A stretch of 64,000 nucleotides of DNA from an uncultured Methylomirabilota bacterium (lineage in GTDB: Bacteria; Methylomirabilota; Methylomirabilia; Methylomirabilales; 2-02-FULL-66-22). Below are positions 9,837-18,621 of the stretch, in pieces. The notes beneath the pieces are model-generated. The model did not search any database and had not been told where the DNA came from. It saw only the letters and a program-made list of their open reading frames with translations. Where the stretch lies: positions 2,496,001 through 2,560,000 of the forward strand of contig CAWJSJ010000002.1 of assembly GCA_963845565.1 (NCBI GenBank), read 5' to 3'. How positions within the stretch are numbered: the stretch's first letter is position 1; the number at the start of each line of letters is the position of its first letter. Made by a program: the position numbers and the translations under genes.

Positions 9837-10193
9837 CTACCGCGAGTCTTGGCTCTCCAGTTCTCGGATTCGCTGCTGCAGCGCTTCCAGTTGCCGCTCC
9901 AGCGACCGGGCTTGGTCCTGCAACTCCGCCAACGCGGTCTCTCGGTCGCCGGCTCCGATGGCGCGCTGGTCTGGCAACCCCTCGAGCGATGGCGGCGGCT
10001 CAGAGGGCGGCAACGCCGGACCAGTGGAACTCCGCCGGCTCAAGGCTCGCCCACCCCACGTCAGCAGGCCCAGGGCGAGGCTTCCCAAGATCTGCGTGGC
10101 GATTCCCGGCTGGCCGATACCTCTGCAGAAACCGCGGCCGCGGCCAGTCATCGGCCCACGGCCGGTTGGACCCGTTCCATTCTCCCACGGCAT
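9837..10193 (-). CDS. DUF5320-family protein
   Basis: MPWENGTGPTGRGPMTGRGRGFC; C-terminal coiled coil; strong RBS. Confidence 0.8.
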   Translation of the reverse strand: MPWENGTGPTGRGPMTGRGRGFCRGIGQPGIATQILGSLALGLLTWGGRALSRRSSTGPALPPSEPPPSLEGLPDQRAIGAGDRETALAELQDQARSLERQLEALQQRIRELESQDSR

Positions 10194-10255
10194 GGCTGCC
10201 CCTCCTCTTTAGACGAGACGATCAGACACCTCGGGCCGATCACTCACCTGGCTTT

Positions 10256-10271
10256 AGCATCACTCATGCCA
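10256..10271 (-). promoter_or_regulatory. Sigma54 -24/-12 promoter
   Basis: TGGCATGAGTGATGCT (GG-N10-GC). Confidence 0.7.
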
Positions 10272-10334
10272 AGGCCGGCTAGACCGCCAACCCGCGGGAA
10301 AAACGCGCATTCCTGTTTCTCGCTCTCACACACA

Positions 10335-10381
10335 CTGCAGAGCTGCAATCGTGGAGCATGCCGCCGGTTGCACGTTCGCGG
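10335..10381. promoter_or_regulatory. Tandem upstream activator sites
   Basis: CTGC-AGAGCT-GCAA (10335) and TTGC-ACGTTC-GCGG (10368), 33 bp apart. Confidence 0.55.
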
Positions 10382-10492
10382 TCAAACCGGATGTGCTACG
10401 GTAGGGGATCGGCAGTCTCGGGAGTGGAGGCCCAGGGATTATCGGCGGGGTTGGGGCGAAAGGCAGCCCGTCGCCCCCGGCCGGCGGGTCCG

Positions 10493-11776
10493 TTAGATTC
10501 CCGCTTCCGGCGTTTGGATTCCGCCCGCCGCGGAAAGCCGAGCAACGATGTCGCGCATGATGACCGCCGTCGGGGAATCCGTGTAGCTGGCGATGTGCGC
10601 GCGTCCCTCGTCGCAGGATTCGGCGATTTTCGGGTCCATGGGAATGGAACCCAGAAATGGGACACCCATGTCCTCAGCGATGCGCCGTCCGCCCCCGCTG
10701 CGAAACACAGGCGTCACTTCGCCGCAGCGGGGGCAGACGAAGCCGCTCATGTTCTCCACAACGCCCAGCACCGGGACGCCCACCTGGCGGCAGAACGAGA
10801 TGGACTTCCGCACGTCAACCGCCGCGACCTTCTGGGGGGTGGTGACGACCACCGCGCCGTCGACCGTGCCGAGCAACTGGCAGACGGACAGGGGCTCATC
10901 GCCCGTGCCGGGCGGCGAGTCGACGACCAGGACATCCAGATCCCCCCAGGCCACATCCTTGAGGAACTGTTGAATGGCCTTCATCTTCAAGGGTCCCCGC
11001 CAAATCACGGCATCGTCTGGGTTCTTCAGGAAGAAGCCGAGGGACAGTACCTTCAGCCCGCCCGTCTCCACCGGGAGCAGCTTGCCCTCCGCCTCATGCA
11101 GGGTGGCCGCTTCCAGACCCAGCATGGTCGGCACGCTAGGACCGTGAAGGTCCACGTCCAGGAGTCCCACTTTCCGGCCGGCCAGGACAAAGGCCACGGC
11201 CAGGTTGACCGCCACCGTGCTCTTGCCGACGCCCCCCTTGCCCGAGAGCACGAGGATTTTCAGGCCGATCCGGCAGAGGGTGGCCTGCAGTTGCTGGCGC
11301 TCCGCGAATGCCTCCTCGCTCTCCCCGTCCAGGCGCTGGCGTGCCGCGCACGAGGCGTCGGAGCAGCTCCCGCACTCCGGCCTGCCGTCCGATCCCGTCC
11401 GGCGGGCGGTATCCTCGCAGGCGGCCTTGAGGGTGTTGGCCGCCAGCAGGGCGCAGTGTTCGACTTCCGCGGGCAGCCCGCCAAGAGCCGCCAGGATGTC
11501 CCGCTGGCCGATGGCCCTCGCCTTCGACAATCGCGTGCCCTGCGCCAGGCAGGTGGCCATGCTGCCGCAAGCCAGGGAAGGCCCACAGCCATCAGTGACG
11601 AAAGATGCCTTGTGTATCATTCCATCGCGCACCAACACCCAGAACTCCATGGTATCGCCGCACGGTCCGGTAATCCGGGCATGGCCGTCGAAGGTCGCCA
11701 GCGGCCCGGTGTTTCGCGGGTGCTGGGCGTGATCGATCACCGTCGGAGACACGATCTGCGGCTCAGGGGACTCCAT
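10493..11776 (-). CDS. IscU/NifU-N scaffold domain fused to Mrp/ApbC (NBP35) Fe-S carrier ATPase
   Basis: GPCGDTMEF, DGCGPSLAC, EHCALLA; then SGKGGVGKS, AVIWRGP, DSPPGTGD, VENMSGFVCPRC. Confidence 0.9.
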   Translation of the reverse strand: MESPEPQIVSPTVIDHAQHPRNTGPLATFDGHARITGPCGDTMEFWVLVRDGMIHKASFVTDGCGPSLACGSMATCLAQGTRLSKARAIGQRDILAALGGLPAEVEHCALLAANTLKAACEDTARRTGSDGRPECGSCSDASCAARQRLDGESEEAFAERQQLQATLCRIGLKILVLSGKGGVGKSTVAVNLAVAFVLAGRKVGLLDVDLHGPSVPTMLGLEAATLHEAEGKLLPVETGGLKVLSLGFFLKNPDDAVIWRGPLKMKAIQQFLKDVAWGDLDVLVVDSPPGTGDEPLSVCQLLGTVDGAVVVTTPQKVAAVDVRKSISFCRQVGVPVLGVVENMSGFVCPRCGEVTPVFRSGGGRRIAEDMGVPFLGSIPMDPKIAESCDEGRAHIASYTDSPTAVIMRDIVARLSAAGGIQTPEAGI

Positions 11777-12761
11777 GGGTATCCTCCAGACGGGGAGTTT
11801 CGCGCTCCTGATGACGTGTCCGCACGGATTCGAAGAACACGGCCCCGTCCTTGCGGATCGGCGCCACCGCTCCCTGGTCGGTGAGGCGATCAAGTCGTTT
11901 GGTGACCTCGCCAATGTGAAAACCCAGCCCCTCGGCGATCCCTCGGGCCGTGCAGGGTCGCCGCCGGAGCAGGGCGAGGATATCCCCATCCGTTACCGAG
12001 CCGGGCCACGTGGGTGTCCAACGGCCGGTCGGGCCTTCGATGATCGTCTCCGCCTGACCGGGAAACAACCTTGCAAACGCAGCCATCCGGTCAGGAGGAA
12101 CGGGGAGCGCGGACTCTTCACAGGGGGGGCGGCTGACGGTGTTGAGCTGGATTCTGGCCGGGCGGATACGTCGGGTGAGGGTCGCGATCTTCTCTACCTC
12201 GGCCTGGATCCCGGTGACGCCGGCCACGAGCATGACCTCAAGCCAAACCGGCTTGGCGAAGCGCTCTCGGAATGTGATGAGGCCTTCCACCATGGCGTCG
12301 AAACCGATGCTCTCGTGGGGACGGTTGACCAGCTCGAACAGCTCCGCATCTCCGACATCCAGGGACGGAAGGACCAAGTCTGCCTCCATGAGCGCATCCT
12401 GGATGTCGCGCGCTCCGAGGAGTGACCCGTTGGTGAGGACCGCGACGGGAACCGGAGTCAGCCGTTTGATGCCCGCGATCAGCTCGCCGATCCGGGCGTG
12501 CAGCGTCGGTTCCCCCGATCCAGCCAGGCTCACGTAATCCGGCGTGGCGCCCGTTCGAAGCTTCTCCTCGAGCTGGGCCAGGATGTCTTCGACCGGCACG
12601 TAGTCCCGGCAGGCGGTCGTCAGGTCCGTGGTGCGACCCAGTTGACAGTAGATGCAGTCATAGGTGCAGGTCTTGAAGGGCACCAGATCCACCCCCAGCG
12701 AGCGGCCTAGTCGCCGCGACGGCACGGGCCCGTACACATGCCGGCGGTCGCCCTTGGTCAT
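11763..12761 (-). CDS. Radical SAM protein (COG0731/TYW1-like) with C-terminal wHTH-like tail
   Basis: YGPVPSRRLGRSLGVD, CTYDCIYC, GSGEPTL, LRRRPCT. Confidence 0.9.
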   Translation of the reverse strand: MTKGDRRHVYGPVPSRRLGRSLGVDLVPFKTCTYDCIYCQLGRTTDLTTACRDYVPVEDILAQLEEKLRTGATPDYVSLAGSGEPTLHARIGELIAGIKRLTPVPVAVLTNGSLLGARDIQDALMEADLVLPSLDVGDAELFELVNRPHESIGFDAMVEGLITFRERFAKPVWLEVMLVAGVTGIQAEVEKIATLTRRIRPARIQLNTVSRPPCEESALPVPPDRMAAFARLFPGQAETIIEGPTGRWTPTWPGSVTDGDILALLRRRPCTARGIAEGLGFHIGEVTKRLDRLTDQGAVAPIRKDGAVFFESVRTRHQERETPRLEDTHGVP

Positions 12762-13024
12762 CGATCGCCCTCGCAGGGCGGTCGATCGCACCGCTCCGGA
12801 CGACCACAGCACGTGGCGCCATTCTCCCGGAAGCCGCAGCCGCCCCCGTGCCCCTCCCTTTCATGCGCGGCGCCGCCCCGCACGAGGATTCCTGCTCCGC
12901 CGCTGAGGAGCCTGCGCACCTCGCCGCCGCACTCCGGGCAGGCCGTGAGTGGGGGCTCCGTGATGGCCTGCCGTCGCTCGAACTGGCGGCCGCAGTGTTG
13001 GCACTTATACTCGTACGCTAGCAT
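12758..13024 (-). CDS. FmdB-family zinc-ribbon protein
   Basis: YEYKCQHCG...CPECGGEVRRLLS; Cys-rich tail. Confidence 0.85.
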   Translation of the reverse strand: MLAYEYKCQHCGRQFERRQAITEPPLTACPECGGEVRRLLSGGAGILVRGGAAHEREGHGGGCGFRENGATCCGRPERCDRPPCEGDR

Positions 13025-13044
13025 AGCTATCTCCGCCCGGCTCC

Positions 13045-13172
13045 CGCACCGGATGCAGCGGACCGCATCCACCTCCGGGACGGGGATGGTGACCGCCTGC
13101 CGGCTCGTGATGACCGGCGTCAGGAAGATGTGCCCGTTGGGCGCTTCCACGTCACAGTGAGGTAGGTCACCG
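13045..13172 (-). pseudogene. Duplicated internal fragment of the ATPase gene at 5595-6443
   Basis: Near-identical DNA to about 6222-6352 (EAPNGHIFL.PVITSR.AVTIPVPEVD) with a 1-nt deletion. Confidence 0.85.
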
Positions 13173-13190
13173 CTGAGAAGCCCACCGCGA

Positions 13191-13421
13191 TCAGGGCTTT
13201 CGGGTCATGGCGATGCCGCAGTCCGGACACGTCATCTGGAGACAGGGGATCCCGCGCTGGTGCGGCACCGGTTTCCCGCACTTCGGGCACACGCATTCCC
13301 CTTGCGGTCCACCCGCGAATCCGCCCTGGCCGCCCCGACCGCCCTGGCCACCACCTCGCCCCATACCCCGCCCCATGCCCTTACCACCTCCGCCCCGACC
13401 GCCCTGACCTCCGCCTGGCAT
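13191..13421 (-). CDS. Small Gly-rich protein with C-terminal CxCxxC...CxxxxCxxC cluster
   Basis: MPGGGQGGRG...GPQGECVCPKCGKPVPHQRGIPCLQMTCPDCGIAMTR. Confidence 0.8.
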   Translation of the reverse strand: MPGGGQGGRGGGGKGMGRGMGRGGGQGGRGGQGGFAGGPQGECVCPKCGKPVPHQRGIPCLQMTCPDCGIAMTRKP

Positions 13422-13467
13422 ATGGCACCCCTTTCTTAGTTCAGCCGTTGAACGAGACGCTTCCGTT

Positions 13468-13504
13468 CTCGCCCGGGGGAGGGGAATTCTCTCCCCCGGG
13501 CGAG
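13468..13504. terminator. Strong GC stem-loop between genes
   Basis: CTCGCCCGGGGG...CCCCCGGGCGAG inverted repeat; no clear U-tract. Confidence 0.4.
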
Positions 13505-13510
13505 AGTCGG

Positions 13511-13705
13511 CTACTCGGGCTTCGCCGTTCCTTCGAGGTTCTGGATGCGCTGTCGCAGGGAGTGCAGTGTCTGCTCCAGATGCGCGGCGTGGGCCTTCAA
13601 GGCCGCGCTGAGGAATCCCGGTGTGCCAGCCCCGCCGCAATATCCGGCGCCGCGGCCCGTCAGGGGGCCGCCGCCCATCGGTCCCGTGCGATCTCCCCGT
13701 GGCAT
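13511..13705 (-). CDS. DUF5320 paralog with internal in-frame deletion
   Basis: N-terminus identical to 6583-6939; central ~54 aa missing. Confidence 0.7.
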   Translation of the reverse strand: MPRGDRTGPMGGGPLTGRGAGYCGGAGTPGFLSAALKAHAAHLEQTLHSLRQRIQNLEGTAKPE

Positions 13706-13754
13706 CGTCGTTCCTCCTTCCGTCGCCCGGTCTCCGCGACCATCGGAGACCGTT

Positions 13755-13952
13755 TCACCAATGGGGTTGAATATCGACCCCTGCGGCCTCGCGCAGCAGT
13801 CCGGCCTGGTACTTCCTGACGGCGTCCCGGACGGTGCCCTCCGCCAGTCCGGTGTAGACCTGCACCCCGGCGGTCTGGAGCGCCCGGTACGCGTTGGGGC
13901 CGCAGTGGCCCGTGACCACTGCTTGCACTCCCTGGGCTGCTATCAGCCGCAA
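13755..13952 (-). pseudogene. 3' half of a NifB/NifX gene (duplicate of 6989-7351)
   Basis: QGVQAVVTGHCGPNAYRAL...DIQPHW; 5' half deleted. Confidence 0.75.
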
Positions 13953-14311
13953 CCCCTATGCCGTTGGCGTCGCGCGCCACATCCGGGCATTCGCCAGCGG
14001 GGCTCCGAAAGCGTTCCCACCAGGTACGCCCGCAGCACTTCCTCCACGGGACCTGCCACCCAAGGAACGATAGCGATTCCCGCGGCGGACACGCACCCCG
14101 CAAGAGGTCGCGAGATGGCCCCGCACACGAGGACATTCACGCCGAGCTCGGCGAGGCGCTTTGCCCGCTCGGCCGGGGACGATGCCTGTGCGACCTCCAC
14201 CACCTGGCGACCCCGCTCGACGCCATCCGCGAGGTCCAGGAGCAGCAGGCGACCTGCCGTGTCGAAGACCGGGGAGACGCGGTCGTTCCAGACGGAAGCT
14301 GCGAGTCTCAT
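13943..14311 (-). CDS. NifB/NifX-family protein (paralog of 7390-7785)
   Basis: RVSPVFDTA...VLVCGAISRPL...MPGC; GGAGG RBS. Confidence 0.85.
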   Translation of the reverse strand: MRLAASVWNDRVSPVFDTAGRLLLLDLADGVERGRQVVEVAQASSPAERAKRLAELGVNVLVCGAISRPLAGCVSAAGIAIVPWVAGPVEEVLRAYLVGTLSEPRWRMPGCGARRQRHRGCG

Positions 14312-14338
14312 AGCGGACCTCCCACGCCGGAATGAGGA

Positions 14339-14354
14339 AGCATGCGATGTGCCA
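14339..14354 (-). promoter_or_regulatory. Sigma54 -24/-12 promoter
   Basis: TGGCACATCGCATGCT (GG-N10-GC). Confidence 0.75.
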
Positions 14355-14448
14355 ACTCGTGCTGGTTCCCGTTTTGCGCCGAACAGGTCGGAAAGATTGG
14401 TGTTCTTGCGCAGTAGCGTGGCAGGAGTGCGAGGGGGGCCGCCGAGGA

Positions 14449-14496
14449 GTGCAAGATTGCAATTAATAGAAGGCGGCCCGGGTTGCATCTTCGCCG
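14449..14496. promoter_or_regulatory. Tandem upstream activator sites
   Basis: GTGC-AAGATT-GCAA (14449) and TTGC-ATCTTC-GCCG (14483), 34 bp apart. Confidence 0.55.
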
Positions 14497-14790
14497 CGGG
14501 TCACGCGAGGCCCGCCACGGGCGCATCGCGTCCACCGTCCGCTGACCCACAGAGAGAGCGGCCGGAGCGCACTGCGGCACTGCGTTCACGCTAAGGGCGC
14601 GCTTGGGGCAGGAGGTGACGGGCAACGGGCTCGGGAATTGCACTACGCTCCCCAGGCGCAAAGCATGCTGCCGGTTGCCACGCGCGTGAGGCTGATCGGC
14701 TATTGACAGCCCCATTCGCTCCGAGATAACTTGCCCGCGCTCTGGCAAGGCAAACGGCACCCAGGGAAACCATTAACCAAAGGATACCGT

Positions 14791-16071
14791 GTGAACAGGG
14801 CAGCGGAGCAATCGGTCAAGCACCTACCAGCCTTTCTCGGCGATGGCATTGCTTTCCTCGTCCGGCAGCAGCGGGACTGGAGAGTCACCGTCTTACGCAC
14901 CTCGCTCGATAAGCTCGCCTACCAGATGGTCTTTCCCTACCTGTCCATCTACATCGTGGCCCTGGGGGCGACGGGCACCCAACTCGGCATCGTCAACAGC
15001 ATCGGCATGATCGTCGCCGGTGTCTGCGGACCCTTTACCGGGGGGCTCATTGACCGGATCGGGCCGAAGAAGATTTACCTCATCGGCATCGGCTTCATGG
15101 CCATCTCCTACCTGACCTTTGGTCTCGCGCAAGACTGGGAGATTACGATCATCGCCATGGTTGGCTACTGGTTGGGCTATGCCACCAGCATTCACAGTTG
15201 CGCGACCATCTGCGGTAACTGCCTGGTCAACCGAGATAGGGCCACCGGGATGCTGATCTGTGAAACGGTTGCCGCCGGTCTGTTGGGCGTGGCCGGGCCG
15301 ATGTTGGCAACCTGGCTGGTCACCCTGTGCGGTGGGGTGACTACCGGCGGCATACGGCCCCTGTTCATCTCAGGCCTCATCCTCACGATCGTCACGTTCG
15401 TGGTTGTCCTGACGCAGTTGTCGGAGCGCAAGTGGGCGCATGTGGGGAACAGCAGACCTCACCTTTATCGGGACATTGCACAGGTGTTTCGCGGCGGCAA
15501 GAATCTGAAGAAGTGGGTGGTCATCTCCGCGATCACCCAGTTGCCGCTGGGGATGGTCTTTCCCTACACGCAGGTCTTCGCCCATTCGATCAAAGGGGCC
15601 AATGAATTCATCTTGGGGGCAATGGTGACCGGATCGGCGCTCGCATCGATCGTGTGTGCGATTCCGTTGGGTAGGCTGGCCGATAGGATCGGCAGGAAAC
15701 GAGTCTTGTACTTCACCATTCCCCTGTTCTGGATTTCCAACCTGATGCTCATCTTCGCACCATCGCCAGTATTCCTGCTCATTGCGGGCACCCTGCAAGG
15801 CTTCTTCTTCATCGGCGGACCGATCGCGTCTGCGATAGAAAGAGAACTGGTACCTCCGGAGCAGATGGGGCGATGGCTGGGCATCAATCGCTTCTTCAGG
15901 ATGGTGCTGAGCGCCATCCTGGCCCTGACCGCGGGCATCATCTGGGATCAGATCGGGCCGCAGTACATCTTCATCATCTTCGTGGGTATCGACCTGCTGA
16001 TCAGGATGCCCCTGCTGATCGCCATCCCGGAAACCTTGCACACGCACCTGGGATCGAAGGCAGGTGCGTGA
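14791..16071 (+). CDS. MFS transporter
   Basis: About 12 hydrophobic segments; GGLIDRIGPK and GRLADRIGRK motif A copies. Confidence 0.9.
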   Translation: MNRAAEQSVKHLPAFLGDGIAFLVRQQRDWRVTVLRTSLDKLAYQMVFPYLSIYIVALGATGTQLGIVNSIGMIVAGVCGPFTGGLIDRIGPKKIYLIGIGFMAISYLTFGLAQDWEITIIAMVGYWLGYATSIHSCATICGNCLVNRDRATGMLICETVAAGLLGVAGPMLATWLVTLCGGVTTGGIRPLFISGLILTIVTFVVVLTQLSERKWAHVGNSRPHLYRDIAQVFRGGKNLKKWVVISAITQLPLGMVFPYTQVFAHSIKGANEFILGAMVTGSALASIVCAIPLGRLADRIGRKRVLYFTIPLFWISNLMLIFAPSPVFLLIAGTLQGFFFIGGPIASAIERELVPPEQMGRWLGINRFFRMVLSAILALTAGIIWDQIGPQYIFIIFVGIDLLIRMPLLIAIPETLHTHLGSKAGA

Positions 16072-16311
16072 GACCTGGTTTTTGCGCTGGCGCGCAAATA
16101 CCAAACGGGGAACGCAAAGAATTTCGTGCACGAGGCGGCCGACCCGGCTCATCACGGGGGCACGTGATGGGAGGCGCCTCAAGCGATTCGAGGCGTATTC
16201 CGTCCTGCGTACTCCGGCGACTCCGGCCACGGGGCCACCGGTTCCACGCCATCAGCTTTCGGTGTTTCTGGTACGTCTTCGATGACGGCAAGCGGCGATT
16301 CAGCTCTTGCC

Positions 16312-17283
16312 TCAACGCGACCGAGACCCCGTTCTCCCTGCCCGCACGTCCGCAATGAAATCGGCGATCATCGGGTCCAACGGGTACCGGAGTACAAATC
16401 CGAAATCGTCGAACGCTGCCGTGGTGTCCATCTTGTAGCTGAGCGAGCGATTGGCGACCCGCATGGCCTCGCTTCGGTCCCAGTCAAAGTCGATCTGTGC
16501 CTCGGGCAGATGGTGCCGGAGCACGGCAGCCACCTCTTTCAAGGTCGCCGAGAAGCCGTGGATGTTGTACATCCGGCCTCGCAGCCGGGAGGCGTTGGCT
16601 CGCTTGAGGTCCACGAGGCTTTGGACGACGTCCTTGACGTAGATGTGGGCGCACGGGCAATCTGGGTCGGAATGAACCGTGTAGGGCAATCCCTGGGCTG
16701 CGCGCTCGATGACCCCGGACCAGTCCCCAAAGTGATGCGTGATCCGGCGACCGGGGCCGACGACCATGGCATAGCGCGCTCCGCGGAAGTTCACCCCGTA
16801 CTGGCGGTGATACTGCAGTCCGAGCAGTTCGGCGCAGAGCTTGGTGGTGCCGTACATGTTCTCGGGCCGCTGTGGGGTGTCATCGGTGACAGCCCGCGGG
16901 ACGTTGGCCAAGCCGTATGTCGTCCCAGAGCCGACGAACAGGACATCCGGGACATCGAGGAGACGGGCGGCCTCCAGGACGTTCAACGTGCCGCCCACGT
17001 TTGTGCGGAAACCACTGGCGGCGCTTGCCTCGCAGTCAGCGCTGAGGACGGCCGCAGTGTGGTAAATGCAGTCCACCCGATGTCGTCGCACCGCGTCCAA
17101 GACATGCACCCACTCGCCGACGTCGCCGCGGGCGATCTCGACCCGCCCAGCGAGGTCGGTCGCGTGGCGCGGCAGGTCCGCTTGGCGCTGGAAGAGCACG
17201 ACCTCTTCGCCGTCGGCCAGGAGCCGGCGAGCCAGATGGATCCCGACAAGTCCCGTGCCGCCGGTGATCAAATTCCGGCTCAC
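16312..17283 (-). CDS. NAD-dependent epimerase/dehydratase (extended SDR, threonine-dehydrogenase-like)
   Basis: ITGGTGLVG, YHTAAVLS, YGTTK. Confidence 0.85.
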   Translation of the reverse strand: MSRNLITGGTGLVGIHLARRLLADGEEVVLFQRQADLPRHATDLAGRVEIARGDVGEWVHVLDAVRRHRVDCIYHTAAVLSADCEASAASGFRTNVGGTLNVLEAARLLDVPDVLFVGSGTTYGLANVPRAVTDDTPQRPENMYGTTKLCAELLGLQYHRQYGVNFRGARYAMVVGPGRRITHHFGDWSGVIERAAQGLPYTVHSDPDCPCAHIYVKDVVQSLVDLKRANASRLRGRMYNIHGFSATLKEVAAVLRHHLPEAQIDFDWDRSEAMRVANRSLSYKMDTTAAFDDFGFVLRYPLDPMIADFIADVRAGRTGSRSR

Positions 17284-18059
17284 GGGGCGCCCCCTGCATC
17301 CTTCACCAGGGCGACGGCACGAACCCACGCCCCGCCCGCCTGATGGACCTTGACCGGGAAGGCACAGACAAGGAACCCGACGTGGGGGAGACGATCGAGG
17401 TTCGTTAGCCACTCGAGGATGCACATGCCGTATTCCCCCGCGGCCCGATGCCCCTGCATGTACGCGTTCCGGTTCCGGCCCTGGCGCAGATCCGCAAGCT
17501 GCATCTCGACGGGTCGATCCCAGATGCCGGAGTCAATGCCAACGACGCGGATACCTTGCCGGCCCAGCCAGGCGGTCGCCTCTGCCGTCACACCCGGATT
17601 CATCCGGTCGCACCCCGGCTCCCCGTAATGCGCAGCGGTTCCGGTTCGGAGTAACACGATGTCCCCGGGCTTCAGGGTGTACTCGATGGACGCCAAGGCG
17701 CTGCGGAGGTCCGGGACGAGAATGTCGTCACCGGGCTGCTTGCCGCTGAGATCGAGCCAGACGCCGTCTCCCATGCACCAGTCCAGCGGGATCTGGTCAA
17801 TGGTAAGTGCCGGACTCTTGCCTGTCGTGGCGCCATAATGCCACGGGGCATCCATGTGTGTGCCAGTATGGGTGGTGAGGAAGTGGAACTCCTCCATGGC
17901 GTTCGCGCGACCGCCGAGGTCTTCCGGATCCAAACCGGCGCGCTCCGCGACGAGGCGGCCGCGGGTTGCGTGGTCGAGGTAGCTGATCCGGGCGGGCATG
18001 AGAAATCCGCCCCCGTTTTGGAGAGGAAGGCTCAGGTCTACGATCCGGTAGCCGTTCAT
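17280..18059 (-). CDS. Cyclase family protein (kynurenine formamidase-like)
   Basis: THTGTHMDAPWH, VGIDS, ILEWLTNL. Confidence 0.85.
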   Translation of the reverse strand: MNGYRIVDLSLPLQNGGGFLMPARISYLDHATRGRLVAERAGLDPEDLGGRANAMEEFHFLTTHTGTHMDAPWHYGATTGKSPALTIDQIPLDWCMGDGVWLDLSGKQPGDDILVPDLRSALASIEYTLKPGDIVLLRTGTAAHYGEPGCDRMNPGVTAEATAWLGRQGIRVVGIDSGIWDRPVEMQLADLRQGRNRNAYMQGHRAAGEYGMCILEWLTNLDRLPHVGFLVCAFPVKVHQAGGAWVRAVALVKDAGGAP

Positions 18060-18075
18060 GCAGCCCTCCGCGGAT

Positions 18076-18522
18076 TCAGTCATATGCCAGGCGCGTCGTC
18101 TCGTCGCACAGGGTCGGCTCCAAAAGCGGGCGCCATTCCGGTGCACTCCAGGTTCCCAGATTGGTGTGGGTCGTGAAGTATTTCTGCGGGATCGGATGCG
18201 TTCCCACGACCACAGGCACGCCATACTTCTCTTCGATGAAAGCCTGAAACCGGGGCAGATGCTGGCACGGCGGATACCCGACGACGAGCCCGGTGGCCAG
18301 ATGGATGACCGTGGCACCGTTCTTCTTCATCTCCTCGGGGGCATACTCGATGTTGCCGCCGGGACAGCCCGCGCAGGTCGTGTAGCCGACCAGCTCGACG
18401 TCCTGGCCGCGATAGCGGGCGAAGGCACCCTCGCGATTACGCAGCGACCGCAAGCACTTGCCTCCCGCACAGGTGTGGTACCGGTGGCAGATGATGATCC
18501 CGACACGGACAGGCGTTTCCAT
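18076..18522 (-). CDS. CGGC-domain protein
   Basis: GIIIC...CAGGKC...TCAGCPG...IHLATG...YPPC...VVGTH. Confidence 0.85.
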   Translation of the reverse strand: METPVRVGIIICHRYHTCAGGKCLRSLRNREGAFARYRGQDVELVGYTTCAGCPGGNIEYAPEEMKKNGATVIHLATGLVVGYPPCQHLPRFQAFIEEKYGVPVVVGTHPIPQKYFTTHTNLGTWSAPEWRPLLEPTLCDETTRLAYD

Positions 18523-18621
18523 GGCGCTCCCTGTGTTGTGTGCATCAGCAGAATGTGGATGGACGCGAGCCGGGAACCGCGCCGGTTGTCGCGGCCCCGG
18601 CCCCATGATGTTCGACGACGG

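Noticed and set aside
13940..13952. GCG-TGA-TAG at the NifX C-terminus as terminal Sec
   Set aside because: The TGA arises at the deletion junction from the out-of-frame remnant of the next gene
3533..14311. Nitrogen fixation cluster
   Set aside because: Only NifB/NifX-like small domains and an IscU-like domain; no nifH/D/K/E/N, and the ATPases are COG1149/Mrp type
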